From positions 1 through 59,180 of IMG/VR virus record IMGVR_UViG_3300007514_000009: DNA of 59,180 bases; one strand, 5' to 3'. Both the position numbers and the translations under genes were made by a program. The notes below the pieces were generated by a model. It saw only the letters and a list, made by a program, of their open reading frames with translations, made no database searches and was not told where the DNA came from. This document shows, piece after piece, positions 49,411 to 58,544 of the stretch (position 1 is the first letter of the stretch; each line of letters opens with the position of its first letter). The DNA comes from a virus. Its lineage: Duplodnaviria > Caudoviricetes.

Positions 49411-52400
49411 TGGCTCGGTATCAGAAACTAATCTATCCTGCAAAGACTCAACCATTAGCGGCGGCGAATGGCTATCCCCCAAGTGGCTTCTTCGCCATGC
49501 ACATCACCTATCCAGATACCGAATACAGTGATGAGGTTATTGATTGGACGTATGGTGCTAACAGCGGCGGGCAATGGAGTCAGGGGCTAACTGTCGTAAT
49601 CAAAACCCCACTTGCTGTTTCCAGCGTTAGTTTGCCGACAGAAGCAGATAACGTCATTACTGTTGATCTCTCAAGTCCTGCGAGTCAAGTAGCGAATCTG
49701 GGGACGGAGAAGGCCGCACGGATAATCGCGGCTAAGATCAACAGCCGCAGAGTCAAACAAGTATCTGAGAGGCGTAAGACGCGACTCCTTCGGGCGAGGT
49801 ATGTCCGTATGTCGGGCAAGCCAACATACACAGGAAACGCATGGACGGCCGCCGCCGCACAAACACTACGAGTCAAGTTTGATGGGGGATATCGAAACGG
49901 ATTCCCTTCTGACCTGCCGCCCAGTGGCACGATTACCTACAACGACGGCAATCACACGAATCTCTCCCTATCCTATTCTGCTATCACAGGGAGCAGATAC
50001 GGGCCGAAGCGATTTGCATCATCCGCAACGAGTCAGGAGTCGATTGCCGACTTCACTATTACAGGAGGGACTCTTGAATCTCAAATTAACCAAGTGGGTA
50101 ATGAGAATCCAGTGTATCCCGATCAACTCAGTGGGGCTACATTCTCGATAGCAGGAGAACCAGAGAAGCACACCGTAGTCCTATCATGGGAACAAACCGA
50201 TGCCCGTGCTGATGGAGGATACTGGGCAGCGGCTAATGGTGGCCCAGTCATTCAAGGAATAGGAGCGGCGGTTCCCATATGGTATCTTACAGCAAAACCG
50301 ATGGACGGAGGCAACATGGGCCTCCCTGCGACCAATCATGATTCACGAGGCTCGACTGCTGTCGCGCATACTGAAGGTCATGGGTATGTCCGATTCAGTA
50401 TAGAGGGACTCAATTCATGCGACCTACCAGATATGCCCCCGCCCGATTACAATGTGAGCAACCCATCCATCTCTGGTATCACCAAAGCGGATTCGGATTC
50501 GGTGGGGTCAGGCTCAACTGGCACGGTCAAATTAGCAGAATTGGAATATGGGACTACGGTTCCAGCGTCAGGCAACGACTTGTTCTATCTCAAGAGCGCA
50601 TATCAGACCAAAGCCACTTCTAATTCCGACAATATGCTCACTGGTTCCCGTGACGAATTGAACAACATGACATATGGGACTAACTTTCTGACGAAGGGGA
50701 TTCAAGGAACGGGTAATCTGCATTACCCTCGTCCCATATTCTCAGCAAAGTCAGTCAATACTGAACGAGTCAATGGCCTCAGAATCAGCAACGAACATAT
50801 GGTCTTTGAGGACATCACCACTACTGACGATCAAGGCAACGCCCTGACTCTCAAAGGTGGTTCGCCATTGGGTGTGGTCATCAAGGATTTCGCTGTTCAG
50901 AATGTGCGAGAGGATATCTCCACGGGTAAGGAAGTGACAGGGCCATCAGCCCCCGACGGAAAAACAACACCGAATCTGAATATCCAATTACCCGACCCCT
51001 CGGAGATACCCGGAGAGATATTCGTCAGGAGCGGTCACGACAGGGTTCAGGCGTGGTCTAACCTAACGTGGGGGCTTGGGGGGCTGACGGCTCCTGACCC
51101 CCGTCCTGCGGGTGTCGCAGAGGCATCAGGGGGTGTATCTCAGTTCGATACACATGACAGGATGCTCATTTTTCACTGTAAAAGGCTCCTACACGGCGAT
51201 CTGACGGCCAAACATGGCCTCACCCCCCCTACCACCGCCGGAGCAGTCCCAAGCGGCTCCACGCGCCTCTATTCTGCACATCGTATTACCGACCACGCTG
51301 AGAGAGGGTCTGTCCTCACGCAGACGAACAACGGCACGGCCACTGGCTATCCCTACCCTCACCACCGCATTCGCTTCGCTCGTCAGGGCCACTCCTTCGT
51401 CACCCCCCTCACCCACCGAGGCACACCCTACGCCATGCGCCGACAGTTGCATAGGAGCCACGGTTCTGCGTATTCTCTGCTGTTTGAGGCAGAAACCGAA
51501 CACAAACACTTCGGCTTTGGCTCAGGAAAAGCCAGCAATACAAGCACCGTGTTTGAATTAGACACGCTGAAGGTCAAGGGGGAGTCTGGTTTCAGAGCAA
51601 CGGGATCTTTCTCCTCAGAGGGGCTACCTCTAACTGAATTGGACGGCTTCAGATTGCCTGATATCAAGGCGACTTACTCAGGAGTCACCCCAAAAACAGA
51701 CTTGGACTACCTCATTGCCCCCGGTCAGGAGCATACTGAAACGACAGGAGTTGGCCATCTCGTGAGGCGTGGTTCATTCACCGAGCAGAGCGGTAGGGAC
51801 GTAGGTGGGCCGACCAGATTGACCTTAGATGCTGCTTTACCATCAGCCACGCGATATAACGCCGCAAGCGAGTTCATGATTAACGGATTTATCCTCGGCG
51901 ACTACACGATGGGAGGAGGTAGGCCCGTGCCGAGTATAATCTCAGCAGGGTCGAGCAGTGTGTTTGTTTTGGGCTTGGAAGAAGGGGTGATAGCCCCCCG
52001 TGTAGGCACAGAATTAGCCACCGTCCCCCCCCTGCTATGTCACGATCCTGAGTATCTGAACATGGCCGCAAGAACACCGAATGCGGACGGTATATCTGCA
52101 AGTTATGGAGATTATGCCCTACTGGACAAGACCGACACCGGGACGGGTGCAACCCCTGATGCCTTCCTCTGTTCATGGCTCGCTGAATACAGTCACCCTG
52201 CTTTGCTCGGCACAGTCCGAGAGCATTTCACGACTTTCAGGTATCGAGAGGCCGGAATGCCCCGCTCACTCGACTACCCCCCCACCAAAGGACTGTATTT
52301 GAGGAACCATTCAAACCCAACCACCACTGCTTTGGCGGTGAATGCAGAACCGTTTGAGAGAATGTATGTTCTCCAGTGGTTGCAGAACTATGGATACAAC

Positions 52401-55400
52401 GGATTGAATGCTGGAGGGCATGGTGCAATAGTAGGTTTGAAGTCTGCGAATAGTGTCCTCATGGGTCATACCACTGTGCGAGAACCATCAGGCACTCTCC
52501 GCTTGCCTACCACATATCAGATCGAGAGGCTTTCAAGGGGTGAAGGTATAGGTGATGGGATAAACCCAGAGAAGTCTTGGGGGACTATACCCTACGATAA
52601 GGACACCGACAATGTAGTATTCACCAAACATATGGCAGTCATAGACTCGATGGTCGCATATGATATGAGCAGAAGGTTGCCAGTAAGAGCGTGGGGGTTC
52701 CGAACAGGGTCAGATGCATTGGATATGTTAGCAGGTGATCCGACTGAGAACCTAAGTGGTCAAGAACCTATATTCGGAAAGGCCAGATTTGATGGTGGCA
52801 TTCACGACTCGGTGCAGAAGATACCTCATTCCTCATCACCATATGGTTCGTCATGGGTATTCCCCTCTGCCTACAATGGTGTCGAGAGGTCTATACCCAT
52901 TGGTATGGTGCTGACTTCACACACCGCAGAGGCCACACCCTTCTCCAGTGTGGTGCGCGGGACTAATGCTAAACCCATATCTTCAGAACAACCTCTTGGC
53001 TTCGGGGCGTCATTAGGTATCGAATCACTTGGATTGGTCAAGCCTACTGCAATGGTGGCCGGAGGGTGGGAGGCCAAGATAGATTCCAATGCGGCTTCCA
53101 CTGCCCCATTAACAGGCATTCCGATGAACAAAGGCAGTGACCCATTCATTGACCTCGTTCAATACACAGGGGCATCATCTTTCGCACAGGCCAATTCTAA
53201 ATCAGCCGTTAGTTCGACACAGTATGGTGTTGGCGGGGGCTTCTATCACTTGCGAGGCAACGCCCTACACACTAACGCTTCTGCCGTCGATCACTCATCT
53301 TCCAATGTTCATTACCCCACGACAGGATGGGGGATAGCGACTCATTCTAATGCAACTATCAATTCACTAACTCCAACTCCCTTATCCGAGATAGCGGATC
53401 ATAGGCAGGTTCAGTCGAGGACAGAACCGCGGCTTGGATTTGTTATCCAAACAGAGAATGAGCGCAATACAAACAAGAATACTGCATACGCAGTGACTAC
53501 CACTAAGGCGGCATCGCTCAATACCGATTTGATTCTTGGGCAGCAATTCCCTATACTGCCGTCATGGTCTGTGAATGCACGTTTTACTACACACGCTATG
53601 ACGATTGACCCCAGTAGCCCGTCATCCCAAACCATCTCAAACCCCTATACACTCCCAACATGGAGTCCTGACACCAACGCTGCAAAGGGAGGCACTGACC
53701 CTGCTGCCCCTCTCGTTAGACCCAAGACCAGTGCGAAGGATGCATGGTCTGTTCGTGGTTCGGCAGACTTACCTCCGTGGGGGGGAACATACATTCTGCG
53801 TAAGACATATCTCAATCGGACAGAGGAGGGTTCGCTTGCTACGGAAGTCCATGCTACGTCGGGGAATGCGGCTACTTCAGCACCGAGGAGAAAAACCGTC
53901 GATTACTTCGTGCGGCCCGTGAGGCCACTGAAGTTGTTTGGTTTCGCGTCCGATTTGCTACAAGACGGATGGGTATTGGGAGCAAGGTCGTCAGTGGGTG
54001 AAGCCACATTAGAGTATCAAACATTCACAAGAGACAATAGATATGGAGTGTTTGAATCCGATCTGGAACAGACACTCGGTAATCTGCAATTCCTTACTTC
54101 ATCACAAGGGGCTTTTGAAATCGCATACCCCGATGCGAACGAGTATGATGTGGTATATCATTTGATTCCAAGTGCCTCGATGCTTCAATTCTTCAAATCG
54201 GATGCGGTTCGCAAATCCATAGATGGATACTTCAATCCAGAAGTGGAGCCACGATATTCACAGACCACTCACCCCGGTGGCGGAGAGGCGATTCACCAGT
54301 CTGAAACGAGGTATAGGAGCGATGGCTTAGGCACGAGTGGCGACTTCGCTAAACAGACTACACCAGAAGGTGGTTCGTATGCCCATATGGACACAGCCAT
54401 GCGAATGTTCCCTCAATTCAAGGTAGTCAATCACTCATCGAACAATGTGATGCTTGAGGACGCTTCGCTGTTGCCCCCTGCGGGAACACTGTTTGTTGTA
54501 GGTGCAAGAGAGATTCATTATACAGGCAAGACCAAGAATAAACTCACGGGAGTGACGAACAGCACGAGTATCAGCGATTTGACGGGACAGATATTGAGAT
54601 ACTATTCTAACAACGCATCGGATTCAGCCACGCCATCTGCCCTGACTGATATCCGCCCACTAACACTCCCTCATCTCGTGGCTCCAACCTTCATCGACAA
54701 TACATTGGGATTGGCGAAACAAGAATCGGGCATATGGAATAGATATGATTCGTCATCCAGTAAGGTGCATCCAACAGCATTATCCTATCGGGGGCTACTG
54801 GAATATGATCCAACGGATTTCCTCATGGTGAGCCAACGCCCATTCCTAATCGAGAATGGCAAAACAACCGCTCGCATCAAGAATATAACGTCAGCAATTA
54901 CAACCATGCGTGTCGATGGGGATGAAATCACTTCGACCAATTTTCCACCATATCTATTCGATCCTGCGGGTTTCACTCTTAGAATAGCAGGGGTTGAGAA
55001 AGATGAATTATCCACGGCCTTGCTGTTTAGGAACATTGAGGGAGACAGCCTCGTTGATGCAGGGCTGACTGAAGGCCCAGTGCTAATGGGACAGAAGGGT
55101 TTTGTTGGAGTAAGGACAAGTGATGCTGTTCTAACTCTCCTGAATGATGCGGGAACGGATGTAGCAGGATACAATGTGACGCCAACGAAGTCATTGCTCA
55201 ATAAGGATAGAGAAATATCCGCGACATTGGATGCACACCCCTCATTGCGTATAGCATCCGACCACTCCCCTGTATTTTCTGCCCGTAAGACACGGGGATT
55301 GAATATCATGGAACTGATACGCAATATGTCTCAGATAGATGGGAAACAGTTAGTGAATGAGCGAAATGGCGCACTGGTATATTCTTCAGACGCCTTTACG

Positions 55401-56129
55401 AATCGCGGCACACGGCTCAGTCTTGCGAGTGCGATACAGAAAATCAAGGTGAGTAAGATGTATGATTCTCCTAATGAAGTTGTAGTCATAGGCGATTCAA
55501 TGGCAGCAAATGAACGGGTGTTCGTAGTCATCCAAGATCTTGACCGAATGAAGAAGGACGCCAGTAAAGGGGGCAAAAGCAATCTGGTCAAAACTCTAAG
55601 GCAAGAGATACCCGGACTCAAGAGCAACGCAGAGGCATTGAAGTTAGGGAAGTCTATTCTTTCTCGTATTGAAAACAGCGTCCCTCTCGTGAAACTAAGG
55701 GGTGCAATCAAATCATCTTCTATTCAGCCGGGGGAGATAATTGCACTTGACCTCCCTGCTCACGGCCTTCGTGGGGACTATGTGGTGTTTGAGGCCAAGC
55801 ACAATTATGCTATGATGTCCAGTGATTTCACCGTAGCACAGTATGATAAGGGAATCGAAGGCATACTTTCTGACCTCCAAGCGGTTTCTGGCAACACCAT
55901 GCCCCTCGATGAGAGTGCAGGAAATACTGTTGATATAGCCGAGGTATCTATGTCTGGAAACATCCGAGTTGTTGCAGTTCATAGGATATACATCCGCAAT
56001 GTGAGTAATCAGGGCTTCATTATCGGTGCGAAACACTCTCAAGGAATGGGTAAAATCGGAGTGCGTGATAACAACAAGCGGGCGCGGGCCATCGGCACGA
56101 GCAAGTCAAAGTTCTATGAGGTGAAGTGA
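49410..56129 (+). CDS. Giant tail-tip/hub protein (~2239 aa)
   Basis: TAATG coupling. The C-terminal ~330 aa is Tal/hub-like (PNEVVVIGD...EALKLGKSIL...IQPGEII.L...YVVFEAKH). Confidence 0.78.
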   Translation: MARYQKLIYPAKTQPLAAANGYPPSGFFAMHITYPDTEYSDEVIDWTYGANSGGQWSQGLTVVIKTPLAVSSVSLPTEADNVITVDLSSPASQVANLGTEKAARIIAAKINSRRVKQVSERRKTRLLRARYVRMSGKPTYTGNAWTAAAAQTLRVKFDGGYRNGFPSDLPPSGTITYNDGNHTNLSLSYSAITGSRYGPKRFASSATSQESIADFTITGGTLESQINQVGNENPVYPDQLSGATFSIAGEPEKHTVVLSWEQTDARADGGYWAAANGGPVIQGIGAAVPIWYLTAKPMDGGNMGLPATNHDSRGSTAVAHTEGHGYVRFSIEGLNSCDLPDMPPPDYNVSNPSISGITKADSDSVGSGSTGTVKLAELEYGTTVPASGNDLFYLKSAYQTKATSNSDNMLTGSRDELNNMTYGTNFLTKGIQGTGNLHYPRPIFSAKSVNTERVNGLRISNEHMVFEDITTTDDQGNALTLKGGSPLGVVIKDFAVQNVREDISTGKEVTGPSAPDGKTTPNLNIQLPDPSEIPGEIFVRSGHDRVQAWSNLTWGLGGLTAPDPRPAGVAEASGGVSQFDTHDRMLIFHCKRLLHGDLTAKHGLTPPTTAGAVPSGSTRLYSAHRITDHAERGSVLTQTNNGTATGYPYPHHRIRFARQGHSFVTPLTHRGTPYAMRRQLHRSHGSAYSLLFEAETEHKHFGFGSGKASNTSTVFELDTLKVKGESGFRATGSFSSEGLPLTELDGFRLPDIKATYSGVTPKTDLDYLIAPGQEHTETTGVGHLVRRGSFTEQSGRDVGGPTRLTLDAALPSATRYNAASEFMINGFILGDYTMGGGRPVPSIISAGSSSVFVLGLEEGVIAPRVGTELATVPPLLCHDPEYLNMAARTPNADGISASYGDYALLDKTDTGTGATPDAFLCSWLAEYSHPALLGTVREHFTTFRYREAGMPRSLDYPPTKGLYLRNHSNPTTTALAVNAEPFERMYVLQWLQNYGYNGLNAGGHGAIVGLKSANSVLMGHTTVREPSGTLRLPTTYQIERLSRGEGIGDGINPEKSWGTIPYDKDTDNVVFTKHMAVIDSMVAYDMSRRLPVRAWGFRTGSDALDMLAGDPTENLSGQEPIFGKARFDGGIHDSVQKIPHSSSPYGSSWVFPSAYNGVERSIPIGMVLTSHTAEATPFSSVVRGTNAKPISSEQPLGFGASLGIESLGLVKPTAMVAGGWEAKIDSNAASTAPLTGIPMNKGSDPFIDLVQYTGASSFAQANSKSAVSSTQYGVGGGFYHLRGNALHTNASAVDHSSSNVHYPTTGWGIATHSNATINSLTPTPLSEIADHRQVQSRTEPRLGFVIQTENERNTNKNTAYAVTTTKAASLNTDLILGQQFPILPSWSVNARFTTHAMTIDPSSPSSQTISNPYTLPTWSPDTNAAKGGTDPAAPLVRPKTSAKDAWSVRGSADLPPWGGTYILRKTYLNRTEEGSLATEVHATSGNAATSAPRRKTVDYFVRPVRPLKLFGFASDLLQDGWVLGARSSVGEATLEYQTFTRDNRYGVFESDLEQTLGNLQFLTSSQGAFEIAYPDANEYDVVYHLIPSASMLQFFKSDAVRKSIDGYFNPEVEPRYSQTTHPGGGEAIHQSETRYRSDGLGTSGDFAKQTTPEGGSYAHMDTAMRMFPQFKVVNHSSNNVMLEDASLLPPAGTLFVVGAREIHYTGKTKNKLTGVTNSTSISDLTGQILRYYSNNASDSATPSALTDIRPLTLPHLVAPTFIDNTLGLAKQESGIWNRYDSSSSKVHPTALSYRGLLEYDPTDFLMVSQRPFLIENGKTTARIKNITSAITTMRVDGDEITSTNFPPYLFDPAGFTLRIAGVEKDELSTALLFRNIEGDSLVDAGLTEGPVLMGQKGFVGVRTSDAVLTLLNDAGTDVAGYNVTPTKSLLNKDREISATLDAHPSLRIASDHSPVFSARKTRGLNIMELIRNMSQIDGKQLVNERNGALVYSSDAFTNRGTRLSLASAIQKIKVSKMYDSPNEVVVIGDSMAANERVFVVIQDLDRMKKDASKGGKSNLVKTLRQEIPGLKSNAEALKLGKSILSRIENSVPLVKLRGAIKSSSIQPGEIIALDLPAHGLRGDYVVFEAKHNYAMMSSDFTVAQYDKGIEGILSDLQAVSGNTMPLDESAGNTVDIAEVSMSGNIRVVAVHRIYIRNVSNQGFIIGAKHSQGMGKIGVRDNNKRARAIGTSKSKFYEVK

Positions 56130-56773
56130 TGGTGTTTGAACGGGCATGGGCTGTCGCTAAGGGCGTTGATTTTCGATTACCTTCACCTTCTGATAAACCA
56201 CCATCATATCTTGACCGAGATGCAAACTTGGCGTTTCATGGTTCTCGACTCCCTAATTGGTATGCACACGAGAACCCGTGGGGGGATGATGAACTCTCGC
56301 CGGAAGATTTCGCTCAGTCCATAACAGATGAATTGCGTCGGAGAAAAGGAGAGTTAGTGATGGCTCCTCATATGGATTATGAGGTAGGAGATTTTGGGGA
56401 TGCTTTGGAGGACTTCACTTCAGGAGGCTTCTTTGAGCGTCGTGATGAGCGAGATTCAGTCTTATTGGAATTAGAGAGAGCGGGTATGGTTAGGGCGTTA
56501 ATGGATGCGGGCATTGTTAATCGAAGGGAAATATCCGACGCTCTCGATGAAACGACCTTTGCATCGGGGCGGGGTAAATGGAGTCCGGGTCAGATACAGA
56601 TAGGTGGCCCCCCTGTATTTCCTCGGCAAACATACAGGCACGGGCCATACGGCACGGAGTATGCACAGGATCAAAATGAAAGACATAGATTACAACGGGA
56701 GCATGAAGCAAAGTATCCTGAGCCACAAAGAAGGGGATGGCTAACAACTCAACTTGGTGGGCCGGAGGATTAG
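56129..56773 (+). CDS. Charged protein with N-terminal MVFERAWAVAK motif (putative capsid cargo)
   Basis: GAGGTGA SD and TGATG overlap. Its composition is unlike the flanking tail proteins. Confidence 0.8.
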   Translation: MVFERAWAVAKGVDFRLPSPSDKPPSYLDRDANLAFHGSRLPNWYAHENPWGDDELSPEDFAQSITDELRRRKGELVMAPHMDYEVGDFGDALEDFTSGGFFERRDERDSVLLELERAGMVRALMDAGIVNRREISDALDETTFASGRGKWSPGQIQIGGPPVFPRQTYRHGPYGTEYAQDQNERHRLQREHEAKYPEPQRRGWLTTQLGGPED

Positions 56774-56774
56774 T

Positions 56775-57116
56775 ATGCCTGTTCTCGACTCACTCAAGGC
56801 CGCATTGACGGATCACCTCGCCACCCTCGTCACCCGTATGACCCTCGGTGCGAGTGGGGGGGATGCGTCGAGCCGTGATGGTGGGGCGGGTAGCCCTCAG
56901 ATCACAGTCACCCCTCAAGTCACTAAGATAGACGACAGGACAGTGGCCGTGACCGCCACCTTCGATACACAGCAGTCCTCATCGCAGACCATCAAAGAGA
57001 TAGCACTGCATGGCGATACCGCTCTCGACACCCCTGCTTATCGCGCCACCTTTATGCCTATCAACAAGACCACCACCAATGAAGTGCGTGTGGATGTGCT
57101 GATGGAGGTGCGATGA
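56775..57116 (+). CDS. Small baseplate/fibre-attachment-like protein (113 aa)
   Basis: ATG 56775 after GGAGG. The MTLGASG...ATF...TIKEIALH...YRATF.PI.KT pattern resembles tail-collar/baseplate beta-sandwich proteins. Confidence 0.7.
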   Translation: MPVLDSLKAALTDHLATLVTRMTLGASGGDASSRDGGAGSPQITVTPQVTKIDDRTVAVTATFDTQQSSSQTIKEIALHGDTALDTPAYRATFMPINKTTTNEVRVDVLMEVR

Positions 57117-57226
57117 TGTGTGCTGTTTCTGGCTGTGATAAGCCCCGTTTCGTGCATACCACGCATGATTTTTGCGAAGTTCATTATCAGGAGTGGGTTG
57201 ATTCATATCTTCGGAGGGATAAGTAA
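57113..57226 (+). CDS. 37-aa C3H zinc-finger microprotein (not in the ORF track)
   Basis: MMCAVSGCDKPRFVHTTHDFCEVHYQEWVDSYLRRDK*. It has a GGAGGTG SD, an ATGA overlap upstream and a TAATG overlap downstream. Confidence 0.75.
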   Translation: MMCAVSGCDKPRFVHTTHDFCEVHYQEWVDSYLRRDK

Positions 57227-58347
57227 TGGCAAGTCTGGGACAGGGACACGAAACCGCATATCAATCATACCAGACTGACGGGTTGCGAGACACCGATGTT
57301 CTCGCCAGCCCCACGCTAACCAACTTTAACCAACGAGCATTGTTGAACGGAGTCATCCCCCTTACGCTGAACGCATACAATAGTGGCACACGCAACAACG
57401 CTATATCAGGGAACTGTGCCTGTGAAAAACAAGACTACAAAACGATAGATATCAAGGCAGGGACAGTCATAGTGGATGGCGTTATACACACCATTGCCGC
57501 GAGAGACATAGACATCACAACCTCTGCGTTATACGCTACTCACAGCACCCATTCTAACTTCACTGGCCTCAATGCCGCTAACGAGGAGGCCATACTACTG
57601 GTCTATTTTGACCCGGCCATAACTTCATCCTCTGGAAAGATTGGATTGATATGCGGGACTGTCATTGATACTTCCTCTGGCGTGTATCCGTCAAGCCCCT
57701 CTGCTCACTTGTCCAATCAGACTATTGTATTAGCATCGGCCCGTCTGCACTACGCTAACAGTCGGCAGGAGATAGCCTCGCTTGAGGACAAGAGGGTGTT
57801 TGTCCGACCCGGCCCCCTCACTCTCTCCTCAGTCATCAATTCAGGAGGAACAGCCACGAGTGATGTGAATAGTTTGATTTCAAATGTCACGGGCAATATG
57901 CCAATCACCGATCTTGGTTTCCTATTCGCTCGTGACCCCGCAGGACTCGGCGGGACTCCAGATGGCGCAGGTCAGACTCACTTGTTCTTCCAATCCGATC
58001 AACTGGTCACGGCACAAGCACCGACTGGTTCTGGTGGTGCGTATCAGATAACTCCCATCCATCGCACAGCAATCAAAACTGATACTTGGACAGGCGGTGC
58101 AAAAACCGTCACTCTATTGTATGACCCACTCCCCTCTGTGGAAACAACGAGTTCAAAGTTAGTCCAAGTCATGGCCTACGATACATCTCCCGGTTCAAAC
58201 ACAAAGCAATTCTTAGGCATACTCGTTCAAGGACAGGAGTTCTCAGTAGCGAACAACGTCGTGACTATCAACGCCGCAGGTGCGAACATTGGATATGGCG
58301 GTGCGTCGCATATTGAAATCACCTACACTCATGCGGGGCATACCTGA
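57226..58347 (+). CDS. Putative tail fibre/baseplate protein (373 aa)
   Basis: IDIKAGTVIVDG...ILLVY...IVLAS.....I..LEDKR pattern of fibre N-terminal/baseplate domains; Thr/Ser/Gly-rich. Confidence 0.7.
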   Translation: MASLGQGHETAYQSYQTDGLRDTDVLASPTLTNFNQRALLNGVIPLTLNAYNSGTRNNAISGNCACEKQDYKTIDIKAGTVIVDGVIHTIAARDIDITTSALYATHSTHSNFTGLNAANEEAILLVYFDPAITSSSGKIGLICGTVIDTSSGVYPSSPSAHLSNQTIVLASARLHYANSRQEIASLEDKRVFVRPGPLTLSSVINSGGTATSDVNSLISNVTGNMPITDLGFLFARDPAGLGGTPDGAGQTHLFFQSDQLVTAQAPTGSGGAYQITPIHRTAIKTDTWTGGAKTVTLLYDPLPSVETTSSKLVQVMAYDTSPGSNTKQFLGILVQGQEFSVANNVVTINAAGANIGYGGASHIEITYTHAGHT

Positions 58348-58544
58348 TGGTCAAACCATATAGGGACAAGATAAGTCAGGACTGCCCCAAGTGCAGCGAA
58401 CGTGTCTTGGCCATCAGAATCAATGGTTTCTATGCTGGTTCCCGTGACCGTATATTCCTCTGGGAATGCCCACTTTGCGAGGAAGTATGGCGAAAGACAC
58501 GCCCTAAACTCAAAGAAGAAGTGTCCGAGATTGAATTATCATGA
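58347..58544 (+). CDS. Zn-ribbon protein (65 aa)
   Basis: CPKC...WECPLC..VW; coupled at both ends. Confidence 0.8.
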   Translation: MVKPYRDKISQDCPKCSERVLAIRINGFYAGSRDRIFLWECPLCEEVWRKTRPKLKEEVSEIELS

